A DNA stretch of 64,000 nt. Origin: an uncultured Chromatiales bacterium (GTDB lineage: Bacteria > Pseudomonadota > Gammaproteobacteria > SZUA-140). Where the stretch lies: NCBI GenBank assembly GCA_964437335.1, contig CAYTGL010000006.1:24523-88522 (forward strand), in the 5' to 3' direction. The notes under the pieces are model-generated. The model saw nothing but the letters and a program-made list of their open reading frames with translations. It did no database searches and was not told where the DNA came from. This document shows, in pieces, positions 1 through 8,270 of this stretch; the stretch's first letter is position 1; every line of letters starts with the position of its first letter. The translations under genes were made by a program, and so were the position numbers.

Positions 1-2
1 GC

Positions 3-380
3 CGCATTCTTTGTGTCCTGCTGTTCTGCAGCCTGTTATATGGCTGCGGCCGGGAAGGCATTGCCCCCTATCCGCCACAGATCTGGGAAGACCTCATCAT
101 CGAGGTTGAGACCCGCCCGGCCAGGGTCGACGTAGGTATGATGGAATTTCTGGTTATCGCGAGCCGCCAGCCGAGGCGGCCCGCGCACAACCTGCTGGTG
201 TTCATCAGCATCGACGATACCGGCATCTGGCAACAGGCGATTCAGGACGGTCACATGGGAGTCTACCGCCGCGCGCTGCAGGTCACTGATCCGGAAAACA
301 ATGTGCTCAACATCAGGATCCGCTACGACGACCGTGAACGCACCATGCACTTCCCGCTCGCCCAGGAAGCGTCTAGTTAA
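3..380 (+). CDS. 5'-truncated lipoprotein, possibly YtkA/FixH-like
   Basis: The frame of ORF 138..380 is open back to position 3 and reads RILCVLLFCSLLYGC (lipobox-like), then a small beta-rich domain with GHMG. Confidence 0.6.
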   Translation, partial: RILCVLLFCSLLYGCGREGIAPYPPQIWEDLIIEVETRPARVDVGMMEFLVIASRQPRRPAHNLLVFISIDDTGIWQQAIQDGHMGVYRRALQVTDPENNVLNIRIRYDDRERTMHFPLAQEASS

Positions 381-933
381 AACTGATCGTTTTGCTGGTC
401 TCGAGCGTGAGCAGATTGTTTTCACGCTGTGCCCGCCTGTTTTTCAGGATCGTGCTCTCGGTCCAGCGCCTCAGGAACAGGATCCTCTCACCCCGCTGGT
501 CGCTGCAGACAGGACAGGTCAGGTAGGCAATATATAACTCCCTCGGACGGCATCCCTCGTCGACCAGTCGCATCTGCATCGCCTGTATGACCTTGTGACC
601 GGTGCTAAGGTTGCCGTGGTGCAGTTTTGCCCGCGCGACGAACGGAAATGGCAAGGTACTGAAATATCGGGACATCGAAGCGGAACCCTGTTTCAGCAAG
701 CGGGTCAGTGTGCCGCGCAACATCCCGGTCCGGGTCAGCAATAGTCGCGGCCAGGGCTCCTGCAGGTCCATCCGCTCGATGAGTCGCTGCTGTTTCCCCG
801 CGTAGAGGTCGAAGGCGATCGGCATGTGGATGAACATTGGCATCGGTAGCTGGATAACCGGGCAGCCGCCCAGATTGACATCACTGCCATCCCAGTCGGG
901 ATAGGCATCGGGACAGCCGCAGTCAGGCGCCAT
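373..933 (-). CDS. Conserved-looking hypothetical protein with N-terminal CGCP and C-terminal TCPVC motifs
   Basis: 186-aa ORF whose start overlaps the upstream stop. The motif layout (C.CP...WD...MF.HMP...Y.TCP.C) resembles a family loosely annotated as hydrolase. Confidence 0.7.
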   Translation of the reverse strand: MAPDCGCPDAYPDWDGSDVNLGGCPVIQLPMPMFIHMPIAFDLYAGKQQRLIERMDLQEPWPRLLLTRTGMLRGTLTRLLKQGSASMSRYFSTLPFPFVARAKLHHGNLSTGHKVIQAMQMRLVDEGCRPRELYIAYLTCPVCSDQRGERILFLRRWTESTILKNRRAQRENNLLTLETSKTISFN

Positions 934-1441
934 CTTTCCGGAAGATCGACCGGAAGGTCATCAGCACGTTCAGAAAGAAGATCCAGAACCCCATGCCCAT
1001 GACCGTCGCCACAATGCTGATGACCGGTGAGTAATAGCGGTGCACCTCGACCTGGGCGGCGGGATCGGTGAGCAATAAGTGGCCCTCGATGATGCCGAAG
1101 GTGATCAGTGTGCAGTAGAACAGACTCACCCCGGTTGCGGTCCACCAGAAAGTATGATTGATCAATCGCTTCGACCAGACCGGTTTGCCTGAGATCTCCT
1201 GAATCAGGTAATAAGTCGTCGCCATCCCGAGTATCACCATGCCACCGACGAGGTTCATATGGGCGTGGGCGAGCGGATCGATCATGTGCCCCGGACCTGA
1301 ATGCGGGGTTCCGACCGAGACCAGCCAGGCACGGATAGGCGGGAGGACCTGGATCACACCCTGCAGGGTACCGATCAGCAGGAATAATACGGATCCGAAG
1401 ATAAACTTGATCAGGTCACGATATTTCGGGTTCATAGGCAT
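923..1441 (-). CDS. Stand-alone 4-TM heme-copper oxidase subunit I-like protein (helices IX-XII unit)
   Basis: LQGVIQ...AHAHMNLVGG...YYLIQEISGKPVWSKRLINHTFW aligns with the C-terminal third of the CcoN at 10566..11975. Confidence 0.8.
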   Translation of the reverse strand: MPMNPKYRDLIKFIFGSVLFLLIGTLQGVIQVLPPIRAWLVSVGTPHSGPGHMIDPLAHAHMNLVGGMVILGMATTYYLIQEISGKPVWSKRLINHTFWWTATGVSLFYCTLITFGIIEGHLLLTDPAAQVEVHRYYSPVISIVATVMGMGFWIFFLNVLMTFRSIFRKDGA

Positions 1442-1620
1442 ATGTCACAGCGCAGTACAACCGCGCCCGCCAGCGGGCGCCGGATTATCGTCTGGTGATT
1501 ATTGCCGCGGCGTTGCGGGTTGTTACCACGGCGGATTTCGAGGTGATCCGTTCAGGTGGCCTGCGGTCCCGTCAGCACGGCAGGTAGTATATCGACTGCA
1601 GACCCAATATGCACCCCGAT

Positions 1621-1648
1621 CCGGCGGCGGGAGTGCGCCCGCCGCCGG
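1621..1648. other. Strong GC hairpin
   Basis: ccggcggcggg-agtgcg-cccgccgccgg is a perfect 11-bp stem between the 26-aa ORF and the mini-CcoN gene. Confidence 0.6.
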
Positions 1649-1691
1649 GAATCGCGGAAACAGCTTGCGGACTGGTAAAACGCGCTGACGT

Positions 1692-1772
1692 TCAGTCTAT
1701 GGTAGTGAAGGGCAGGATCACGAAAATCGTGAACGCAATACCGAATAACAACATCAGGACACCCAGCTTCAT
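1692..1772 (-). CDS. 26-aa hydrophobic micro-protein (MKLGVLMLLFGIAFTIFVILPFTTID)
   Basis: ATG preceded by AGGGGGG, one TM helix, and a promoter-like element upstream. Confidence 0.5.
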   Translation of the reverse strand: MKLGVLMLLFGIAFTIFVILPFTTID

Positions 1773-1896
1773 GACGAATACCCCCCTAGGTATGATTCCA
1801 CTATTGACAGCCATCCCGGTTCCTTGACCGGAATCGTCAACTACCCCCAAGCGACAGGCGCCGGCCGGCATCGACGGGCCACTCCCAAGCCTGCTT

Positions 1897-1924
1897 ACTA
1901 TAGCAAATCGATCGGGTATTACAA
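1897..1924 (-). promoter_or_regulatory. Putative sigma70 promoter TTGTAA-16-TATAGT with extended -10 TG
   Basis: The minus strand reads ttgtaa tacccgatcgatttgc tatagt, upstream of the 26-aa ORF and mini-CcoN unit. Confidence 0.5.
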
Positions 1925-2146
1925 ACAACCGGGGGATCCCCTAGGAGATTCGGTCCCGTCCGCTTGCAATATCCCTACCCGCATGAAATCTCGAAGTTTT
2001 ATTTCTTGCTGTCCGAATCAGGAAAAGGCCGCAACCGGGCGGCGGGCAATATTGCCATTTCGGGTGTGATTGGCTATAGTCAACCCTTGACGGTCCTCCC
2101 CTTGCCGGGGGATTGCATAACATGTCAGATACGGAGGGGTGACGGC

Positions 2147-2275
2147 ATGGTCGAAGAACTTGGTATTAATGTGTTGGTGCCGATCTTTGTGTTCAGCATC
2201 GTCGTTGTCGGCTCGATTCTGATCTCCAACATGGCGCTTGGCGATCTGAAGCGTCGGCGCGAGCGCGGAGAATAG
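2147..2275 (+). CDS. 42-aa single-TM small protein
   Basis: GGAGGGG RBS before the ATG at 2147. The product MVEELGINVLVPIFVFSIVVVGSILISNMALGDLKRRRERGE is a TM helix with a basic tail. Confidence 0.6.
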   Translation: MVEELGINVLVPIFVFSIVVVGSILISNMALGDLKRRRERGE

Positions 2276-2322
2276 CCGTCACGCGAGCCGGCATCGTCCG
2301 GCCGCGACGACTGCATCACCGG

Positions 2323-2346
2323 TAAAGGGTCCGCAAGGACCCTTTA
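2323..2346. repeat. REP-like hairpin TAAAGGGTCC-GCAA-GGACCCTTTA at a convergent junction
   Basis: Perfect 10-bp stem with a GNRA loop that includes the stop codon of the minus-strand gene. Confidence 0.7.
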
Positions 2347-4950
2347 TTGTATCCGGCGATCGAGCGGCGCGAGCTCCCGCAGGGAATCCCGATACCGCGC
2401 CGCCAACACCTGGTTTCCCGCCCCAGCCTCGAGCCGCCACAACGCATGCAACACCTCGATGTGATCAGGCCGGATAGAGAGTATCCGCTCCAGCGCCGTC
2501 CGTCTATCGATGCCGAGGCTCATCCCCTGATCGAGACTCGCATACATGCGGTCAGCGATATCGAAACTGATCCATCGATCCCGTGGATTCGCCTCCAAGG
2601 CCATGTGCATGAGCCTGGCGGCCTCCTGAGCCCGGTCGCTCAGTGACGCGACCCAGGCCAGGGTCGCAATCTCTGTCGCGATGTAGGCGCCCTCGAACGC
2701 CTCGAAATTCTCGGCGGGGATCTCGAGCATCGCGGCAGCCGCCTCGACTGAAGGCCTGTCTGCCAGCAACCGGCCGGTCAGCCTGCCGAGATCGAATTCA
2801 CTGCCATAGCGCGCCTGGGGCAGACTGAATTCGATGCGCGGCGCCCATTCATCCTGAACCGGACCGTCGTCATGCCGGATTTCGCCCCAATATCTGCCGA
2901 GCCAGGTCCACAAGCCTTCGCCACCGGTCAGTGCATCGCGTTGTGACGATTCCATCCAGGTCATCCGTTCGATGACAGCTTCCATATCCAGCCGGCCCCG
3001 GGGCGTCCCCACCATCGCTACCCTGAAGCCGTCGATAAAGTAAGAGGCCCCGGGGAACACGCGCGCGAAACTGCGCATGACAATATCGAGCGAGCGCGCA
3101 TCAAACTGGTTCAGGGCCAGCCACTGCACAAATACGCCATCCTCGGCAAGACGCTCTCGCACGCGCCAGAACTGCTGCATTGACAGCAGATTACTGCGTC
3201 CAACCAGGTCGGGATGGAACAGGTCACCCACAATCACATCATAATTGCGACCGGCGGCGCGGAGAAAGCGTCTGACATCGTCGTGCACGATACGGGCCTT
3301 GTCGGTGATGCCGTGATTGACCGGCCCGAAGTACGTACCGGCAGCGGCGATTGCGCCTGCGGACAGTTCGACAGCGACTACTGACAGATCCGGAAGCGCG
3401 AGCGAACCCGCCGCGGTGATTCCGGTGCCGAGTCCGAGAAACAGCGCCTCCTTCGGCTCCGGATGCAATATCAGCGGCAGGCGCGCCATGTTCATCTGCG
3501 CCGCGACCGCAGCCGGCTCCGTGGATGCCTCCATGCGCCGCAGGTCCGACAACAATACCCGCTGGCCATCCGGCTGTTCGATGACATGGGTGATCGACAG
3601 CGCATCTTCGTACACCATCATGTCCCGACTGCCGGCATGCGGTCCAGGCAGCAGCCGGTTGACTTCCGGCAGGGAACCGATCGGCCAGCTGAGCGCAAGC
3701 AACAGTGGCAGCGCAAACCACATTCGCCGGGACGTCGACCAGGCCATGCCGAACAGAAAGAGCAGCAGCGCTGCGACACAAATCGTCGCTGGCGTCCCGA
3801 TCCACGGCACCAGGATGAAACCCGCCGCCAGGGCGCCGACCGAGGCGCCTGTTGCATTCGCGCCGTAGAGCCAGGCGCCGGTCAGGTTATCGCCGGCGCC
3901 GATGCCGCGGCTGAGCAGCGGCAGCCAGGCGCCGAGCACCAGCGTCGTCGACAGGGTCAGCAGCGCAATTGCCAGGCCTTGGGCAACCAGCGCCGCCCCG
4001 AGCGATCCGAATTCAGCGCCGTCCGCCCAGGCCGCGAGTACCGACAAGCCCGCAAGACTGAGGAGCGCCGTCGCGCTTGCAACGGGCGGGAACCACGTGA
4101 GACCCGTGGAAACCGGGATCCGCCTGGCCAGCAGGCTACCCAGCCCAATGCCGATCAGGAAGATGCACAGCAAGATTGCCAGCACATATTCGGTGCGCAG
4201 CAGAATCATGCCATACAGGCGCGTCCAGCCGACCTGCAGCATGAGCGCCGCTGCGCCTATGCCGGCATAAAACACCAGCGTTCGCCAGGGAGGGCGCGCG
4301 CTGGTCACGATCGTAGCGCCCGCCGCGAACTCGTGCCTTGCAGATAGCGAGATCAGTACCGCCGCGAGCGCGACCAGCAGGCCCAGGGTCGCGACCAGCT
4401 GGATCGCGCCTGCCCAGCCTACCAGCGGCAGCAACAGCAGCGGCACCAGGGCGCCGCTTGCTCCGCCCAGCGTGTTCAAACCGTACACCGAGACGATCGT
4501 CACTGGGGTGTTTTCGAAATAGCGTAATACCAGCGGGAAACCGACACCGAGCGCCAGCGCGGGAAAGAACAGGATCAGAAACGAAACTACGCCCTGCAGC
4601 AGAAACCACGACTTCAGCGGCAGGACAACTGCGATTGCGCCGAGCAATCCGTCAACGAAAGCAAACAGCCAGGGCATCGACAATGCGAATATCGCGACGC
4701 CCCCCTCGAGCAGCGCGAACAGGACCAGTGGGCGTGTAAACCGGCGTACTGACCAGGCTCCGAGCAAGCCGCCCGCGCCAAGGCCTGCCATGAATGCGAC
4801 CAGCGTGACGACCACGCCGAAGTTGCTGACGCCGAACTGGATGGACAACATGCGCACCCACAGGACTTCATAGGCGACGCCGGTGACACCGGACAGGAAG
4901 TAGATCCCGAGCAGCAGCGATGTCCACCTGCTGCCAGCGGTCGCCTGCAT
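2344..4950 (-). CDS. Fused MFS-like membrane domain / spermidine-synthase-like SAM-binding protein
   Basis: Multi-TM N-terminal half (SGVTGVAYEVLWVRML, LRTEYVLA) followed by LFLGLGTGITA, VELS and YDVIVGDLFHP. Start taken at MQATAG (4950). Confidence 0.85.
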   Translation of the reverse strand: MQATAGSRWTSLLLGIYFLSGVTGVAYEVLWVRMLSIQFGVSNFGVVVTLVAFMAGLGAGGLLGAWSVRRFTRPLVLFALLEGGVAIFALSMPWLFAFVDGLLGAIAVVLPLKSWFLLQGVVSFLILFFPALALGVGFPLVLRYFENTPVTIVSVYGLNTLGGASGALVPLLLLPLVGWAGAIQLVATLGLLVALAAVLISLSARHEFAAGATIVTSARPPWRTLVFYAGIGAAALMLQVGWTRLYGMILLRTEYVLAILLCIFLIGIGLGSLLARRIPVSTGLTWFPPVASATALLSLAGLSVLAAWADGAEFGSLGAALVAQGLAIALLTLSTTLVLGAWLPLLSRGIGAGDNLTGAWLYGANATGASVGALAAGFILVPWIGTPATICVAALLLFLFGMAWSTSRRMWFALPLLLALSWPIGSLPEVNRLLPGPHAGSRDMMVYEDALSITHVIEQPDGQRVLLSDLRRMEASTEPAAVAAQMNMARLPLILHPEPKEALFLGLGTGITAAGSLALPDLSVVAVELSAGAIAAAGTYFGPVNHGITDKARIVHDDVRRFLRAAGRNYDVIVGDLFHPDLVGRSNLLSMQQFWRVRERLAEDGVFVQWLALNQFDARSLDIVMRSFARVFPGASYFIDGFRVAMVGTPRGRLDMEAVIERMTWMESSQRDALTGGEGLWTWLGRYWGEIRHDDGPVQDEWAPRIEFSLPQARYGSEFDLGRLTGRLLADRPSVEAAAAMLEIPAENFEAFEGAYIATEIATLAWVASLSDRAQEAARLMHMALEANPRDRWISFDIADRMYASLDQGMSLGIDRRTALERILSIRPDHIEVLHALWRLEAGAGNQVLAARYRDSLRELAPLDRRIQ

Positions 4951-4966
4951 GCTCAGTTCCGGGCTG

Positions 4967-5350
4967 TTAGAAAGGGAAGAACCAGACGATCGCTGTGACG
5001 GCATGGACGATCGCGAGGAAGACACTGACTCCGGCGAATATCATGTGTGCCAGAAACACCTGCTTGCCGAACGCCACCATCGAGACACCGAGCACGGCGG
5101 TGGTGATAATGGTGATCAGCAGGACAAAGCCCATCATGAACAGGATCTGGTGCTTGCGTTCGTCACTGATCGCGACGACGTCGCTCTTGACGACCTCCCC
5201 CTCGGTGAACCCCCGTAAGACATCGAAGGGCTTGTCTGTGTCGTCTTCCGCGCGGGAGACGCCGGGGGAGACCATTACACCGACCAGGACCAGCAGGAGA
5301 CATACGATCCACAGCCTGGTCGACCGGTTACTGCCTGCAAACACTGTCAT
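4967..5350 (-). CDS. Hypothetical membrane protein with signal-peptide-like N-terminus and two C-terminal TM helices
   Basis: 127-aa ORF with a 4-nt overlap with the upstream gene. His residues lie in the TM segments (LAHMIF, IVHAV). Confidence 0.7.
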   Translation of the reverse strand: MTVFAGSNRSTRLWIVCLLLVLVGVMVSPGVSRAEDDTDKPFDVLRGFTEGEVVKSDVVAISDERKHQILFMMGFVLLITIITTAVLGVSMVAFGKQVFLAHMIFAGVSVFLAIVHAVTAIVWFFPF

Positions 5351-5601
5351 CGCCGGTTTTCGTTATCGTCGTTGTCGGTCGGGTCATCGGTCTCATCGGG
5401 CTTCGCGAACCTCCAGTGCATGATTGCCATCAGGATCAGCGGCACCATGACCAGGGGCAGCAGAAATACGAAGATCATCCACGGGGTATTGATGCTGACA
5501 GTCACCCAGCGATAGCTGTCAAAGGCGTGCGCGGCCTGTGACTGGCCCATCAACAGCGAGAGGAATATCCCGAATTGAAATGATCGTGCTGTAATGCTCA
5601 T
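5347..5601 (-). CDS. Hypothetical small membrane protein
   Basis: 84 aa, signal-like N-terminus, one TM helix, acidic tail, and 4-nt overlaps on both sides. Confidence 0.7.
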   Translation of the reverse strand: MSITARSFQFGIFLSLLMGQSQAAHAFDSYRWVTVSINTPWMIFVFLLPLVMVPLILMAIMHWRFAKPDETDDPTDNDDNENRR

Positions 5602-6662
5602 TCGACATCCTGCGCGACTCTGAATCCGAAGAAATCAGATGCATAGTTGGGCAACGAAAAATTCCGGTGAAAGGACGAGGTCGAGAACGGATCGCTCTTC
5701 CAGGACCCGCCACGGATGACCTTGTAACGCTCGTTTGTCGGCACGAACTCCGCGATCGACAATGACCGGAGCGAAGCGGAATCCGGAATCGCCGGCAGGC
5801 TCGCGTAGAACATGTGCTCGGGCGCCGGCGATCCGGGATAGGGCAGAAAATCGTCATCGACCCATTCGGCGATGTTCCCAGCCATGTCCATGACGCCGTA
5901 GGGACTCGCGCCATTCTGATACCGCGTCACTTCTGTCGTTGATCCTACACGATAATAGGTGTTCAGGCGATCCGGATCCATCCGGTTACCCCATGGCCAG
6001 CGCCAGCCTTCAGGACCTCTGGCGGCCCGCTCCCATTCCGCTTCGGTCGGCAAACGCATGCCGGCCCATTCGGCATATCTTTTCGCATGGAACCATGAAA
6101 TCATCGCCACCGGATGCAATTCGATACCCGGCGGTATCTTGCCGCCGGTCCAGTGTATCGGTGGCCGCTGATTGGTCGCAGCGATATAGCGCGCATACTG
6201 GGCATTTGTCACGGGATATTTCGCGATACGGTACGCCGCCATCTCGACGATATGCTCAGGCTGGTTCTGCACGTCCGCGCGCGGCATGTTGGTCCCCACC
6301 GCGTAGGGGCCGGCCGGAATCTCGATCATCGTACCGATCTCGCGCCACTGCTCGGGCGTCAGTAATGCCTCCGCCTCTTCAACACTGTAGCTGGCTACCA
6401 GTCCGGGCATATACTGATGCTCGACCTCGAGGAAAAGATCCTGCCCGGCCGCGCGTTGCCTGTCCCTCGCCTCGTTGATATCGTAGGTCACCTTGCCGCG
6501 CATATCGTTCATACGGTTTTCACCGAGCTTCAGCACATGCAGGCTTCCGCCGAGGAAAGTCAGCACGAGACACGTGACGAGGGTTGCGGTCATGTACCGC
6601 TTCCTGATTTTCACCTGCCGCTTGTCGCGGAGGACTCCCTGGGGTGTATAGCTGATGCTCAT
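5598..6662 (-). CDS. Membrane-anchored FGE-sulfatase (SUMF1/EgtB/PvdO) fold protein
   Basis: IPAGPYAVG, YPVTNAQY, HPV..ISW..A..YA.WAGMRLPTEAEWERAARG, DMAGNIAEW, RGGSW and GFRVA motifs. Confidence 0.9.
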   Translation of the reverse strand: MSISYTPQGVLRDKRQVKIRKRYMTATLVTCLVLTFLGGSLHVLKLGENRMNDMRGKVTYDINEARDRQRAAGQDLFLEVEHQYMPGLVASYSVEEAEALLTPEQWREIGTMIEIPAGPYAVGTNMPRADVQNQPEHIVEMAAYRIAKYPVTNAQYARYIAATNQRPPIHWTGGKIPPGIELHPVAMISWFHAKRYAEWAGMRLPTEAEWERAARGPEGWRWPWGNRMDPDRLNTYYRVGSTTEVTRYQNGASPYGVMDMAGNIAEWVDDDFLPYPGSPAPEHMFYASLPAIPDSASLRSLSIAEFVPTNERYKVIRGGSWKSDPFSTSSFHRNFSLPNYASDFFGFRVAQDVE

Positions 6663-7171
6663 CGGTCAGAACCCTTGGGTAATTCCGCAGTGCTCGCCGG
6701 CTTGGGATCAATCCTGCCGTACTTCTTGTGCAGTTTATGGAGATTGTGCCGTTCCGTCCTGCCATAGGTTCGCCTGACCATGACTTCGCCGATGACGCCT
6801 CCGACCGTCGCAAACTCGACGCAGAGTATGATCACGAATATCCAGTAGCCGATCGGCAGGATGACCCCGCCGTCAGCCGGCGTGGTTCCATACACCTGAT
6901 AATAGAGGATCGAGTGAACGATGAGCGCAGGGGCATGCGCAAGTATTTTCCCGCCCAGTCCATAAACCAGCGATACGGCAATGCCTGCAAGAAAGGGCAC
7001 GAAAAACAGCGTCAGGACCCACTGGGGCGTATAGGTCGCCGGGCCATAATAAAATTCCAGCCTGACCCCGAGCAACTTTCCTCCGAGGTAAACCACGACC
7101 GCGCCTGCTGCAACCGCGCCCGCGGCGACGCAGCAGTCCATCAGGCGGCTTTTTATCTGCGGTCTATTCAT
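6659..7171 (-). CDS. Hypothetical 4-TM membrane protein
   Basis: 170 aa, hydrophobic, with overlaps to both operon neighbours. Confidence 0.75.
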   Translation of the reverse strand: MNRPQIKSRLMDCCVAAGAVAAGAVVVYLGGKLLGVRLEFYYGPATYTPQWVLTLFFVPFLAGIAVSLVYGLGGKILAHAPALIVHSILYYQVYGTTPADGGVILPIGYWIFVIILCVEFATVGGVIGEVMVRRTYGRTERHNLHKLHKKYGRIDPKPASTAELPKGSDR

Positions 7172-7655
7172 TAACCGGTTGATACGTCAGGCCTGTCAGA
7201 ACTTCGTATTCCGCACGCTTGACTTCCTCGAGGTACCAGTCCTCAACCTTCAGGCTGGCAAGGTAGGCAGCCAGCAGACGCCGCTCCTCTTCCGGCAGAT
7301 GCGCATAGGATGGCATGCGGTACTCAGCCTTCAGGCGAGACGGCAGGATTGTCTGGGGATCTCCGGAGGAGATATATTCGTAGAACCACTCCTCGCTTCT
7401 GAGTGTACCGATGCCATCGAGCGCGGGGGCGGGCACGCTCTGCAACCAGTTTCTGACCAGCCACAGGGAATGGCAGTTCGTGCAGTCATTGCGCTTGACG
7501 ATCGCTTCCGCCTGAATCTGCATTTCACGGGGCATGGTCGTGTAGAAAGGTATTCCGGGATCCGGCTCACCCGTACTCCTGATACCGTTGTAGGTCGCGA
7601 GACCGATGACCAGCGCGGCTATAGCGATGTAGATGTTCCGCTCACCGGTTCGCAT
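7164..7655 (-). CDS. Membrane-anchored monoheme cytochrome c (CcoO/NorC-like)
   Basis: N-terminal TM helix, CTNCH, APALDGIG..RSEEW and a distal RMP. Confidence 0.85.
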   Translation of the reverse strand: MRTGERNIYIAIAALVIGLATYNGIRSTGEPDPGIPFYTTMPREMQIQAEAIVKRNDCTNCHSLWLVRNWLQSVPAPALDGIGTLRSEEWFYEYISSGDPQTILPSRLKAEYRMPSYAHLPEEERRLLAAYLASLKVEDWYLEEVKRAEYEVLTGLTYQPVNE

Positions 7656-7929
7656 GCTTCTCAGCGTGCCGCCGTGCCTTCTCTTTCAGAAACTCGCCTC
7701 TCAGCTCAGTCTGATGCTCGATGACTTCCCGCGACTTGGCATACTCCTTCGGGTCCATCTTATCCTCGTCATCCTTGTCGAAAACGACATACTTGATGTC
7801 TTCGTCGAACTGGTAGTTCTTCGCCGCCCAGCGCAGGCCGACAATTACACCGATCAGAATGCCGGCTGCGGCGATCATCCATACATAGATAGTCCAGCCG
7901 TCGGGTAATGAATGCAGAAATTCTTTCAT
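7642..7929 (-). CDS. ccoS: CcoS-like cbb3 maturation protein
   Basis: TM helix followed by WAAKNYQFDEDIKYVVFDKDD, resembling the CcoS/FixS W.....QFDD motif. Confidence 0.65.
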   Translation of the reverse strand: MKEFLHSLPDGWTIYVWMIAAAGILIGVIVGLRWAAKNYQFDEDIKYVVFDKDDEDKMDPKEYAKSREVIEHQTELRGEFLKEKARRHAEKHANR

Positions 7930-7943
7930 GGTCTTGCTCCTCG

Positions 7944-8270
7944 CTACACAAGGTAGCCTTCGATCAACTGAATGTAACCAAGTATCACCGCGAAGATCAT
8001 GCCGCCGACCATCGCGCCGAACATGATCTTTTCGCCGCGTTTCAACTTCCCTTCGCCCTTGGGCATGTACAAATAAAGGATATATGAAAAAATAATCAGT
8101 GAAACGATCAGGAATACAAAGATTCCCTGACTGAATTTCTGCGATCTCAACCCTTCAATGCTGAGATCCAGACCCCAGATGTACGCGTCCGGGGCCGTCG
8201 ACGCAACGGCCGGCAGTATTTGACTGGTTGCGCCAAAAAAGCCTGCCAGGATTGAAATGAACTCGGACAT
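7944..8270 (-). CDS. Hypothetical membrane protein
   Basis: 108 aa with two clear TM helices; first gene after the AT-rich spacer. Confidence 0.7.
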   Translation of the reverse strand: MSEFISILAGFFGATSQILPAVASTAPDAYIWGLDLSIEGLRSQKFSQGIFVFLIVSLIIFSYILYLYMPKGEGKLKRGEKIMFGAMVGGMIFAVILGYIQLIEGYLV

